This document shows, piece after piece, positions 37,182-51,000 of a DNA stretch of 64,000 nt. Where the stretch lies: the NCBI GenBank assembly GCA_030704615.1, contig CM060732.1:20274001-20338000 (forward strand), written 5' to 3'. The first letter of the stretch is position 1; each line of letters opens with the position of its first letter. The notes under the pieces were generated by a model, which was given only the letters and a program-made list of their open reading frames with translations, was not told the DNA's origin and made no database searches. The translations under genes were made by a program, and so were the position numbers. The DNA is from Takakia lepidozioides. Taxonomy: Eukaryota; Plantae; Bryophyta.

Positions 37182-40100
37182 ATGTCTGGTTTGCGAGAGC
37201 CACTTGGGCCGCCTGGCAAGGGCATGCCTGATATCAGTGGGGAATCAAACAACCTCCAGGCAGGTAATGCCTTGATTGATGACGTTTCCTTGGACTCTGG
37301 TAATTTTGAGGAGGACTTAGAACTGTTGCATGATGATGGTGTCATGAGGATAGATAAGGAGGGCTCTGCTGTTTTGCCCATAGAATCGGGGATGGCAAAA
37401 ACCGCGATTCTTCCTACTCAGATTAGTGGGGCCATGGAGGTTCAAGGTAGTAAAACCCATGGTGCTGTCTGGTCATGGACAGGGTAGAATCGGGTTGGTC
37501 TCGGATGCTAGGGCTATTACAAGCAGTATGCCGGCCCAGGGTGCTAACGTGAGTCCTAGTGTGCTGCCTGTTGTGAATTTCCCTAGTCCCACTCTCGGGG
37601 GAGGGAATTTGTTGCCTGCAAATTCAGGCATGCATGTGGGCAGTTTTCCTGTGTTGAATGTGCATGGTGTTGTCCAAGGTAGGGGTATCATGATGCCAGG
37701 GCCCTCTAGTGTGTCTACTGCTCCTGCAATCACAGGTCAATCAGTGGGGGCCCTTTCTGCTCCACAGGCTGGGGTGTCACCACCCCTTGTCTCTAGCCAG
37801 TCCATGGGTATGTACATTGGCAATGTCCTTCCTAGTGGTCTAAGATCAATGTCAACACAACCGGTGGGAGTGGCATCCACTCTTCCCATGAGTGGAATGC
37901 CACAAACCCACTTGCAGTCGACCTACCCTGCTGCTCAGCCAAATGTGGCAACACCTGCTCTCCCCATGGGCACGGTGGCTTCACATCTGTCAGCTTCAAC
38001 TGCTGTAGGATCAGCCAGCAATAATAATATGAGTTATAATTCTGCATCTAATATTGGATATGTGCATGGTAATGCTGCTCCCATGGTTCCCTGTTTGCCC
38101 TGCTCATGGGTCTGTCCTCCCTGGTCACATTAACCATAGCCTGCCTTGTCATCTAATCCCTCAGCTGACTACTCAACCTTACTCAGAGTATACCATGGGA
38201 GAAGACTTTGATAGATATCTTCAGATATTTGAGGTCATTGCTGGTGTCAATGGAGTGCCTGAGAATTTCAAAATGGCGATTTTTACGATGAGCGTGAAGG
38301 GACCAACTCGTGACTTACTACATGCGGCTGTCATGGATGATCCCAGCCTCTGGGCAACTCTGGTGGAATGGGCAAAGACCTCGTTCAAACCTCCTGAGAG
38401 GCCTCTGGATTGCTTTGCCAAGCTTTCTGCTAGGACTTACCAACCTGGGGAATCCTTGTGGAAGTATTACTTAGTCGGCGTCGACTTATCTTCGACTATA
38501 AACACAAAAAATCAGTTTGGGTTTAAGTTCATCAGAGGATGGGAAAAACTTAAATTTGCTGCTGCTGAAAATATCATAGACCCTGCAGAGAGAGATCGTA
38601 TGCTTAAAAGGTATTTTCTCCTTGGGTTGCCTTCCACTATTCAGAATTGGGCTCAGCGACGTCATTTTGTCAATGACAAGACTATGCTAGCAGAAATTAA
38701 TCTTAAAATGGCAGACTTGGCTGACAGCAAATCAATGCAACATCATGCCAAGTTTCAAGCTCCAATGGGCTCAGAGCTTGGCATGCCTGCAACATCTTCA
38801 CCATATGTTCCTCCTGCTATGACATGCAAAGCTGGTGATTTTACTCTTTAGGGATTGGCTAATACTGTGGGAAGTCTTGGTGAGTCTGTTGCTACTCAGT
38901 TTGTTGCCATGCAGGCTCATCAACAAAGGTGGCAGCCTCGACATGGCCAAGGACCAACAGGTGGTAATAATAGAGGTCGAACCCAGACTGGGCAAGCCTA
39001 TGAGGGTAATCGTGCTGCCTGTTACATTTGTGGGTCATTTGAACACTGGACGAAGCATTGTCTAGACAGAGCAGGGCTACCACAGCTGATCAAGAACAAG
39101 AAGACAGCTAGTGGCTCTTCCCCTCCTTTAAACTAGAAAGATCTCTTGGGAAGGGGGCAAGAGGTCCATCATCTACCAACCCTACTTCTTCTGTTCCAAT
39201 GCAAGCGGTTTTATCTACTAACTTTAAAGCTTTGCATTGTCCTCTCAGTAGACAGACTGCTGGGCAGCAGATCAGTCCCCTCATGGCCCAGTGCCATATC
39301 CATGAGCTCAGCTTTCCCTGTGTGATTGATAGTGGATGCACTATATCTGCTATACCTTTAAATGTTGTAAGAGTTCTTGGTCTTAAACTATGCCCTGCCA
39401 CGGGTATTGAGGTGCTTATTGCAGATGGGTCCAGGTATGAGCCCTTAGGACTAGTCACTGTTCCCATCAGAATTCATAAAAATGAGGTTGTGGTGACCTG
39501 CATAGTCACCATTGGTGATCAATTCCTTCTCGGCCTTGACTGGATGACTGGAGCTGGTGCCACCATCAGCTTAGCAGACTACTCCCTTCGGTTTAACAAT
39601 GGAGAAGGGCATGAAGTAGTGGTTCCCTTGAAAGCAGTGAAGATCAAGGCTGGGTCTGCCAGCCAATTTGTCCAGAGTCCAGGCCCTGGTCAAGGAGGTA
39701 CAACAGACACTCCAACCTCAATTGGCATGATTTCTACAAGTATCATCCTGATCTTCAACTCTTATATCAGTGGCATGTTCCTGGTGCTAGAGATAAGACA
39801 GGGGTGCCCATAGCCATTCCAAAGAATTCTACTCTGATTCGTGCACCTCTCAACATCACCATCCCTGCCTTGACCCAGAAGGTGGTCAAGTCTGGTCTGG
39901 TCTTCTTGTGTCTAGCTACTCACTTCCTAGAAGTTGAAGGATGGAGGAAACTGACTGCCCTTAAGCATTGCCTGGTGGCCAATGGTGTTCTAGATAGAGG
40001 ATATCGGCAAGAAGTCAAGATTCTGATTGCTAATCCCGAGCGCTTCCCTGTGACTATTAAAAAGGGGCAGGTTCTGGCTCGCATCACTGCTCTTCCCATT

Positions 40101-42657
40101 GCTGACATACAAGAGGTGCAGGCTGGTTTTGGACTTGAGGCCATTGGCATCCAACATGGCCCCTTAGATGAGGTTGTTGCCTTTGCTGCAGTTGCACCAC
40201 CACCTGTTCCTGATCTCAGCCTAAGAGGTAAGAAGGCCCTCACCAAAATCTTATCTGAAATCAAGTTGGGCACAACTCTCTCCTCCGGACAAAGGAGGAA
40301 GGTGAAAATGCTTATTGCAAAAAATCTAGATGTTTTCAGTTTGGGATCCACTGATTTAGGGCGCACTCCTATTCTTCAACATGACATTGTCACTGAAGGG
40401 GCTCATATTAAACAATTTGCTTACCGAGAGAGTGTCAAGGAACGTGCTATAATCCAATAAGAAGTCCAAAAAATGTTTGATGCTGGTGTGATTAAACCTT
40501 CAGTCTCTCCTTGGGCTAGTCCAATTGTCCTGGTCGGTAAGAAAGATGGCACAACCCGCTTCTGTGTTGACTTCAGGAAGCTAAATGACATCACAAAAAA
40601 AGATGCCTACCTTCTACCCAGGATTAATGAAACCTTGGATCAATTGCATGGTGCTACAATTTTCTCCTCTTTTGATCTTGCATCTGGCTTTTGGCAAGTT
40701 CCTCTTACTGAAGCAGCCAAGGAAAAGACCTCCTTTGTGTGTCGCATGGATAAGTACCAATAGGAGACCATGCCTTTTGGTTTGTGCAATGCCACCTCTA
40801 CTTTCCAATGCCTCATGGACATTGTCTTGGGCAATCTTCGCTGGGAGTGTGCTTTAATTTATGTTGATGATATCAATGTTTACTCAGCCAGCTTTGATGG
40901 TCACTTAGCTGATCTGCAGCGTGTTTTCAGCAAATTGCGCACTGCAAGCCTCAAAGTAAAGCCCAAGAAATGTGAGCTATTCATGCCCGAGCTACACTTC
41001 ATTGGTCATATTCTGTCCTTGTTTCCTGATCCTGCCAAGCTTGAGTCTGTTTGGGGCTTTCCTATCCCCAGGGATAAACATTGTATCAAATCCTTTCTTG
41101 GTCTGGCTTCTTATTATCGGCGCTTCATAAAGAACTTTGTCAAGCTTGCTCACCCTCTGACCAAGGTGTTGTGCAAAGATGTCAGGTTTGAATGGACCTT
41201 CTCCCAGCAGGCTGCCTTTGACACCCTTCGCAAGGCTTTGTGTTCAGCTCTCATCCTCATGTTTCCCAACTTTGAGTTACCTTTCTTGCTTCAGACTGAT
41301 GCATCTGATGTTGACATCTCTGCAATCTTATGTCAAGTAGTAGAAGGCAAGGAGCATGTCATAGCTTATGCATCTCGTCGTCTAGATCGTCATGAAAGGA
41401 ATTATTCCATATCTGATAAGGAGGGTCTAGCCCTAGACTTTGGTGTGAAGCATTTTAGGCAATATTTACATGGCAGCCGGTTTGTGGTAGAGACTGATCA
41501 TCTTCCACTAAAGGCTCTTGTTAAGCCAAGGGAACTTCATGGCAGACTTGCTAGATGGGCTATGTACCTACAGGAATTTGACATGGATATAGTCTACAAA
41601 AAGGGCAAGGAAAACATGAATGTTGATGCACTCACACGGGTTGATCCTCCTGTCAACAGGCCTATGATCAGCTTGGATGACCTGGTTGCTGCTGATGCTG
41701 CCCCTCCTCTTGATCCTGCCCCTCTTCTCAACCTTATTTGTGCAGATCAGCAACCCTTGGCCCTGGATTCACATGGCTTATTGTCTGCTTGGGGCTGGTC
41801 TAGCCTATTAGATGATCCTGGTTGATTTATTCGTGTGTTAGTATGTGTGGTGGATCTATTGCTTCGCGAGAATTCGGACAAGTTTGGTGGAAGTTCTTTG
41901 TTGTGTTTCAGTCCTTCTCTTTCCTAGGCCCCCGAGTTTGTTGTGTTTCAGCTGCTGCACTCCAGTGTGACTATTGGCTTGAGCCTCAAGGCCTGATTTG
42001 GCTGTCCATGAGTAGTAACAAATGAGGTGAAGGTATCCCTGGCGTGTTGCTACAGACTACTTGACTAAGTGGGTAGAAGTCCGGCCTTTGCGTTCCAAGG
42101 CTAGTGATGCTGTAGCTCAGTTCTTCTTCAATGAGATCCTTATGCGGCATGGGTGTCCTCAGGAGATACTAACGGATCAGGGCAAGGAGTCTTGTAACCA
42201 GCTCCTCACGGTGGTTTGCTTCAACTTCGGTATCAAGCATTCCACCACCGCCCCATACCATCCCCATACCAATGGCCTTACGGAACGCTTCAACCAAACT
42301 CCTTGCCGAATATTGGAGAAGATTGGCGCACTTACCAAGGAGTGGGATACCTTTCTTCCCCCTATTCTCCCTATTCCCCCTATTCTCTTTGCTTATCGCA
42401 CCGCCGTGCATGCTAGCACCAAGAAGACTCATTTTGAGTTGTTGTATGGTTGCAAGTGTGTTTCTCCTTTGCATTCTACCCCTCTTATTTCTACTGTTGC
42501 TGATCTAGTTGATCTTGAGACCTTTGTTGAGGATCTTCATGCTCAACATGCGGTGTCTATCCATGATGCCAAGACGAACATTGGTAAGGCTCAACTAACC
42601 CAGGCTCGTAATTTTAACAAGCGTATCAAGTATTCTAACATGTTTCAGGTGGGATAG
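37182..42657 (+). pseudogene. Gypsy gag-pol: gag, CCHC knuckle, aspartic protease, dUTPase-like domain, RT, RNase H, integrase core; multiple stops and frameshifts
   Basis: CYICGSFEHWTKHC; VIDSGCT; GVLDRGYRQEVKILIAN; SPWASPIVLVGKKDG..RFCVDFRKLN; MPFGL.NA; YVDD; LQTDASD; TDHLPL; TDY..TDQG..NGLTERFN. Confidence 0.93.
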
Positions 42658-45039
42658 ACCGTGTGCGTTCGATTATAGCATGGCAAGCATGCATGCAAAT
42701 CTAAGCTCAAGATCGACGGTCCATACTTGATCTATCAGATTTTACGTAGGCGACGTGCTCTTCTTCTTCCCCAAAGCTCTAACACTAAAGTGCGGGATGA
42801 ACCTGTTTCCTTGACGGACTTGGTGCATTCCAAGCTAGTTTTTGATCTCACATGCATCAATGTGGAGGGGCGCACGGTGGGGTGATGTCTTGATCTTCTT
42901 AGCGATCTACTTCAGCTTACTCCACTTCTCTTCTCAGCGGCTTAGTCCTAGTTTGCGGCTGATGCTTCTTGGGGTCCTCGGACTTGACCTCTCGGCCCAA
43001 CTTGCAGGTGCCAGGTTTTCCCTTGGTAGGTTTCTCACCCAGCAGTGGAGGGTGATATTTTTCCATTATTTGTTTTTCTTTGCGGAGCTCAGGATTTTTC
43101 GTGGGGGGTAGGCTTCACATATGTAAAGCCCCATACTTGCTTACGCCTGGAAATAACCCGTTTCATCCAAAACGGCGATACACATTCATAGTATATTTTT
43201 TTGGCGTATAAAGCCGTTAATCCGTTACAATGATGTCTAGGTTAGGGTTAGTTTAGGCCGGTGGCTCGATCCTGGCCCTTCATCAGATCTAGGGCTACAA
43301 GGCAGCGCCGTGGGTTTTGGCCTATGATGCCTCGCCACGTGGCAGGCCACCATGGTTAAGGCTTTTGTATAAAGACGGCGCCCTGCACGGCGGTGTATTC
43401 ATGTGTTAGTGTGATTTGGGTGTACAAACTTTGGATGAGAGCTCCTGTGTGTCAAATCCGCCCGCTTGATCCTCCTCTCGCGCATTGCCTGGTCACGCAT
43501 TGCCTGCTCTTTCGCTTGCCCCTTTGTTGTGAAAACACGTTTCTTGAGAGGAAGGGAGTATATGCTTCAGGCTCGTTTTGAGGCTTCATAGGTGCACCCG
43601 CATTAGTTTGGCGGGTCCCGCGACTTGATGTGGTGTGGCTCACGGAAATGAAAGGCGTAATCCAAACTAGTGGCAGAGCTGCACAGAGAAGAAATCTGTC
43701 CTGGATTGCAAGAGACAGGTTTGCAGCAGAGTTATGTAGATCCTATTTACAATGCATGTTCACCAAGCTTCATGGCTCGGCGTCAATGCCAAGTGTTGGT
43801 TCTCACCACAAGAACTTGAGGAGACTGGAGAAAGCTACAATTGCTCAAACGTTTGCTCCCTCTCTTTCAGGCTGTGGCAATCTTGGTCCAACAAGGTGCA
43901 TATGGGAGCTCTGTATGGGGGTGTCGTGGTAACACTCGCTGGCTCCTTCTATCGTTGGTGAGTTTCATTTCAATCCTGGTGACAGCCCAAACCTTACAAT
44001 ATCCCCACAAGCACTTTTGGGAACAAATGTCAGGCCCTGGGCTGCAGGGTTTAGAAACCGAGGCGAGTCATGCACCACAGGCTTGGACTCCTTGTTGGCT
44101 ATGCGGGTATATATTCGATAAATCCACAAAATGCCCCTCTCTTTGGTGGTTGCTAGGGTTTCAGCAAGATGTTGGGAGCATATACCCCTTCAGTTTTTGC
44201 AATGGTGCTTTTATATTGTAAAACTTAATAATTGAATGGATCAGTTAAATTCTGAATTGGCATGAGGACACATGCCATATGACAAACACAAAACAACATA
44301 ACTCACCTGTTGTACAAGCTTTGCTTTCCACGGTTTTTAAATCTAGTGGCCACAATATTCTGCTTAGTTCACCAGTAGACAACAATTGAAATAAATTGAT
44401 GCAAACTCGCACAATGGGTCCTTACGAGAGAGGGACCTCAAGCTGGGCATCTGAAGGGACATGGCCCTTTTCCGGTGCTTTGAAGATGACTTGTATTCCC
44501 CTGCTGCCACACTTAAGGAAATCTGCATTACATTAAGGGAAAACATTTATTGGGATCTTCCAAGAGTCACTTCCAATATGGCATTGTTTGTCCATAGGTC
44601 GGACTACTTTCCAACTATTGCATTATGTGAACAAATGTTTTGCCTGACCATCTAGGAGACAAGAAAACATGCCTGGACAGTGATACCAGCAGGGTACTGT
44701 GAAAAAGATGCAAATTCACGGCCCTACATATGTAATCCTCCACAAGACTACAAATAATGGGTATCGGTCAACGATAACGGGACGTAGTCTGAAGATTATG
44801 CATAACAGAATGTCACAGAATTGGACCTGTAACAGGTTAGTTGGCGAAGCCCTGCACATGAATCGACTGCTGCCACCAACAAGGAGGCAAATCTCACAGC
44901 TTTTGTCGGTTTCTATTTCACTTTGCCGCACAACTGTTCTCATTGGGGTGCTATGGCTTCCAGAGCATGTCCTCTCTTTCAGTGTGGGCATGTCTTGTCT
45001 GCGAAATGAAATGCATATAGCACATCACCGCATATTCCC

Positions 45040-48000
45040 TCAGAAGCTGACCATGTCATTCACAGGGGACATACTCATGTCCAGCAGTTTCTTCAAAAAT
45101 GCAGTCTGGTTCACTGTAATACTGCCCTGGAAACCAGCATCTTGCTTCCCATTCCTCCCTGGATACCCTTTCTTGATCTTGCTGGCCCTGGAGCCACCAA
45201 GATGATCGACCGATATCCGATTCCGGCGACTGATATTTTGAAGCCCTTTGGACTTTGCATTGGCCAGACCTCGGTACATTCCCAAAAGCGCATTTGGTTC
45301 AAAACTTGTCTGAACAGAATGGAGTCCCAACTCTTCACTGCGACCACGAGGGGTGCTACCATAGTCCGTGGATTTCTCGCACGTGTCACGAAACCATGCA
45401 CTGTCGTCAGTGAATATCCTCCCTGGCTGGGAGGCAGAAAAGCCATGAGTTGGCAGGCTTCGAAGACCTTCCATACTCAGCGATACCCTCTCACCCTGTG
45501 GGGGGAACGACTCCTGCCAACCGTGAAATCCAAGCCAACCTTTAGATCAAACCCTGAAGTCTTATACCAACAGATTACAAAACAACTACTGGCTTTCATA
45601 ATACAATTGCACGAAGAGATGGAGGAGGGTGGAGTCATGTAAGGTTTGACCTACAAAGGCTGTATATTGTGTGGCAGATACAGATGTGGCTTAGAAAAAT
45701 GGAATTGGATACATAGTTGCAACATGCTGCTGAAGCTAATACCTTTGTATAAAGACACATCCTTGTGATGAGGGAGAAAAGAAACAAAAGGAACTTTACA
45801 ACAAGGACCTGGAGGAGGGCAGGACGTGGGGATACAAAAGGTGGAGGAAGAAAAAGAGCGAGATCCCTGAGAGCCAAGGAGAGGTGAGAGGGACAACAGA
45901 AAGCAAAATACTTACATATCAGACATGGAAATTGGAAAAGATCGATAACAACATAAATTGTTATCATGAAATGTCATACTAAAGGTTCTTAGAGGATTTT
46001 AAATGTATTCTTACATGACACCAGGTGGGTCATACCCCCCTGTGGATTGCATAGGACTAAACCAAATAATCCATATCAACCTCTAGATCATGGTGACTAA
46101 AAAGCTCCTGCTGAGTCCCTATCTGTCTTTTCTGTGCTTGCCACTATCTAGAGAAGGCCCAAGTGTCCTGTCTCCTACCACAGCCCACGGTACAGCAAGA
46201 CCAAAGGCTACCAGTCTGTTTGATCAGGCCACAGGTGGTACAATAGTTCAAAGTAGAAGCCCAAGGTGAATCTGCTTGCTTGTTGTCCATGCCCTCAGCA
46301 ACACACGCTGTAGGCTAGACAGTTGGGGTAGCAAAGTAGAAGACAAGATTCTGTACATAACGCAACCTAGTTAAACCATTGAGGCACTCAAAGCTAGTGA
46401 AGAAACTAAGGCGAATGGACCAATTCAACAAAGAAACATACCCCAAATTTCATTGGAAGGGATACACAGCATCCAGTAGGGTGATTTGAGCAGTTGCTTG
46501 ATTAAACAGGTCATTAAATTGTGTGGAAAGTGCTTGGGTACTTTTGATGGGTCGAAGATACAAAATAATGGTTCATTAGAAAAATTTCTCTCAAGTTCAG
46601 TGAAAAGTATCCTTTCCAGAATATCATACAAGGTACTCTCATTCCAAATGAAAAATTGAAGTCACAAACCAAAAAGTGATGCAAACTTGCCTATAGGTGG
46701 AAAATATGACTGAACGGAGAGAGCTTGCACTCTCCCTTGATGAGCCGGTCAGAGAGCCACTCTCCCTTAATGAGCATGACCCCTCACCTCTCTGCAGACT
46801 CCAGCTAGCCATGCAGCTTGTTAGGGCCCTTGTGATTATGAATGGTTCAGACCACACAAACAGCACAACTAGCTAGAATCTGCCATCTGTAGATTCTGTG
46901 TATGTTAGTCAGTGCTTGCAATAGCCTTGTGGCTGTACACCCCTACTGCCCCTCCCACCATATCCCTTGATCCAATGATTGGACCAAGAGAGAGATGGAG
47001 GAAACACACAAATTTAATACATCCGCAGAAGGCCCAGATAGAGGAGGAAAAAGTACAACAGACAAGAATTTAGAGGGAAGTGGATGGAAAATGTACTATC
47101 TTTCTGTCCGTTCCCATTTTATTCTCTTCCTTGAGACGAAACAGACAACACCCCAGATCACAAAAATATGTAAAATTTCTCCCTTTCTGTAATTCCTTCT
47201 TTCTTTTTTTTCTCTCATGTTTTTCTTTCCATTTTGTCCCATAAGCTCTATGAGCTTTCCGCGGACATTATAAAGCACCATCTCATTTCATTTCATTTAT
47301 TACCTTCTTTAGTATCATTCCATTTCAATTCTTTTCTTTCTGTCTGTCTTAAAGAGAAGTCACCTGAAAATTTGCAAGAACACTGAGGCCGGAACCATCT
47401 TTGGAGAATTCCTTGGCTAAATCCTTGGCAAAATACTTCTCCATTCCCTTCAGCTCTGGAGGCCACTTATCTTTATCAAGAAATGGGTCATTTGAGTGAC
47501 CCATTGAGCCAATTGATGGCAACCGTGTTCTGGGTCCCTCCAGTCTTCCATGTTTTGTGGATGCAGGGGAAATACTTGGTGGAGCTTCAGGGTAAGGAAG
47601 GTCGCCATCTAGATTAACCCCAAGTTTGGCCCGGAGCAGCCGATTTTCTTCTCGCAGGTGCGAGATCTCTTTCTGAAGTTCCATCACAATCTGCGAGAGA
47701 ACACAGCAGTTATAAAAGTTCGCAGTGTGGTAAGGTGGATGTATGCACTGCTGATCTCATGGAAAGAAACATACACAAAGCATCACGATTCATAAAATGA
47801 TGAGTCGTATGGGGTTTTAAGTCTGGATGTGAACCGTGATGTTTGGGCAAACTAAAGAGAAAAGGAGAAAAATCAAATCTCAATTACCTTCAATGGCTCT
47901 AAAACTGCTGTTTACAAGATGAAAACTAAGGTGGCACCCAGTCTGAGCACCGAAGACCCCATGATTTGGCCTGCAGCTTGTGTTCCAGAAGGTACAAGAT

Positions 48001-51000
48001 ACAGAAGCTGGACAAGACCATACAACATGGGGATCCTGACAAGTGCATTTGTGTGCACACATTGTGAATAAGAACTCTCACCCAAAGGGTTTAGTAACAC
48101 AGTACCTTGTCACGTGCATCCATGTTGATAGAAGGAGCATTGACAATATTTTTGGCACATGTAGCATAGTGCAGAGTACTGAGGGTTTCATCAACTGCTG
48201 AGGCAGAGGGCGAGATACATGCGATCATGAGGGCCAGACTATTTCCCCCCAGACTCTCCATCAGTAGCTTTGTCAGCATACTCTCCCTGTGCAGAGAAGG
48301 GGAAGAGAATTAGATGAACAAAACTGGCACTGTTTCTGAAAGATGTGCTTCTGTTGTGAAAGGCTCCTCACTCTAGTAAAAAAGTTCGTTCTGGCAAGAT
48401 GGCAGGGCAAAAGTACAAAATGGCAGAAGAAGAAAAAGACAGTAACAATGATGAAGGGAGGTACAGAAAGAGACAGACCTGTATGGTACCACATCACCCT
48501 TCTTGCCTTCGCTCAAAGAAGAAATAACCTGCATGTTTAAACAAATCTGTAAACCAACTTAAGAAAGTGTAGAAACTCTTGAATGTATCTTCCTTGATTC
48601 TTCCTAACTCCAAACCAATCAGACCGAGTTCGACAATTAACATGGGGAAGACAGACTTACCGACCGACTGGTCCCTGCAAACATTGGCAATAACATGCCC
48701 TTAAGGCATTGTCTCCCTTGGAGCTAGGTGTGGGATTTCAGCTCAAGAGCTAGTAAGCAACTCAGCCAGAAATGCTGATAAAAATCTGCTACATCAAATC
48801 GATTGTTAGTTGACATCATTCTAGAGAGCAAGAGGATGATGCCAGCAGAGCTCTTCTAGGCCTCTGGTTTGTAGCAGGTGTGGCTGTGGCCATCATACTG
48901 TTTAGAGACCACGCGGGGGAGGGGGAAAGAGGAACTTATGTGTAGTATGTTATAGATGGATAGACAATGCTGACTCACTTTTCCGAGAGTGAATAGGGAG
49001 CGATTGATGCTGCCAGTCTCTTTCAACATCTCACCAGTACTTTTGCTTTTCTTGAGCCGCTCGCTGCCTGCCAAGTCCACAAATAGCATTCGGCCATACC
49101 TACAATCAAGAGGGCAGAGAAAGCTCTCTCTTTCAAAAGGCATGGTATGAAAAAAGAGGGCACCAGGGCCTCAGAGAAATAAACAACAAACAATAGACAG
49201 GACAAACAAAGAGGCTTATATGAGGGCTAGTCATGCTAGTCATGGTCCAGGTGCATTGTCAAAATATATACATGGAGCACCGAGGAGAAACAGCATGGCA
49301 TTAAGGGCCTATGCTAATCCTGGTTGATGAGGGTTGACCTTGGATGCAATAATATGCTACGGCAATCATAAATGGCTTCTCCCCAACAAGTCTACATGAA
49401 AACAGACAGGGCTTACTGGTATCTTGTTGCCATAGACTTCCTCAGTGGAATCTGAGAAGGGGAGGAGGATGGGCGGAACCAAAGGAGGAGAAGAGAGAGA
49501 AAACTGCCACTTCTGAAATACATTACCATGGACATACCTAAAAATGGGGAGTCCATCGCCAGAGATATGACAAAGGGAGTCCACATGAAGGGTCATAATG
49601 CAGTGGCTGCGGCTACTGTCCTTGTTCAACTCATGCGACCCAACCTGTACCCTTCATAGTCAGGATCTACAGTTGATATCATGTTTTGTGATAAGATAGG
49701 TGATCTGACAAAGTGCGGTAGGCATTTGGATTACAGATTTCTGATGAGAAACTAACTGAGGGGCGCAAACCTTGCGATTCTTGGCTCCTTCATGGAGCAC
49801 AGAGAAAACGTCATCAAGGGAGTCACAATCAACAAGCAATAGGTTCTCCACATAAAATCCATCTCTGGAGCTCCATTTGACATCCCTGGGTGCAGAGTCC
49901 AGGCGCAGCAAATCATTTACCTGCCACAGAAGTTTAAGACCCACGCTGATCACATGCACGTACCCACACGTCCGGATCGTCAAGGTTAAGGACTTGACCA
50001 AACCATTCAATCAGCAAGTAAACCAGGTTGCTGGAAAGTGAAAGGAAGAGAAAGAGAGAGTAATCAAGGAAATTGGCTGAACACATTTCACAAGAGGTTC
50101 CAACTCAATCGCTTGGCTTACATGTGCTGTCTCCATTCAGGAGAATATGAACTAAGTAGTGGTTGGCCCAATTAGCAGAAAGCTACAAGCTGTTGAATTG
50201 GGGACATTCAGATAGTGAATTGTTGGAAACCTGTTCATTATATATCTCAAAGTACGAGGCCCTTAATGTGTAAGGCTTGGTTTGGCCCTTCTGAACCCCA
50301 CGACTTTTGATGGCCTCAAAGAGATAGGTTACAGAGCGTGCAATCAGCCCGTCGTCTCCCCCATGATCTTCACCAATATTGCCTTGCATGACCTGGGAGA
50401 AGCATGGGATGTCATGAAATCAGTATAATGAATAGCACATCATTGAGTTTCAATGATGTAGAATGATGCGGTTTCAATTCTCGTCCTCTTTAAATTATCT
50501 CTAGACCTGTAGCTTGCTCAATTTGTAACATGTCACTTGGTTCCCAGTACTTTCACTAAGAAAAGGTCATGTTTGTCATATATTCGTAGTAGTATCTCCC
50601 TCCAATCTCATAATACAGAGCAGGAGAAAAAGAAATGATGCTATCTCCACTTGGAGCATGTTACCAGTAGAGCAGATCCTTTCCTAACACTGGATGTTAA
50701 GCCCATCTGCCTGTCTCAAACTGACTCTGAAAGGCGTGTGATGAGGACAACGTTGCAGACAAGTAGAAAAAGGCTTCAAATGCAGCCATCCCTTAATCAC
50801 TCTAACTCTAAGTGGCCTCTTTCTGTCCTGCTTTGTGAAGATAATCCCTGGGGTTGGATAAACTGGTGGCAGCATTAGTGCAGAGTCCATGATGAGGAGA
50901 AACGCCCAATTCTTCTGAACCAACAAGCTGTTAAGAAAGCAAGAAATTAAGAAAAACAAAAACTTTCTACGTCAATGAGAAACTCAAGAGCTTTTGGGAC

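Larger units (their letters stand above)
25644..43590 (+). mobile_element. Ty3/Gypsy LTR retrotransposon (no chromodomain seen), interrupted by a CACTA insertion
   Basis: LTRs 25644-26102 and 43122-43590, both starting TGTAAAGCC. Probable 4-bp TSD GGTG (25640-25643 and 43591-43594). PBS TGGTGGAGACGCCGGGTA 26103-26120; G-rich PPT ~43101-43109. Domain order gag-PR-RT-RH-INT. Confidence 0.93.

Noticed and set aside
44380-44660. Possible hAT transposase fragments (also 46425-46631)
   Set aside because: Similarity too weak to support by eye; no TIRs.
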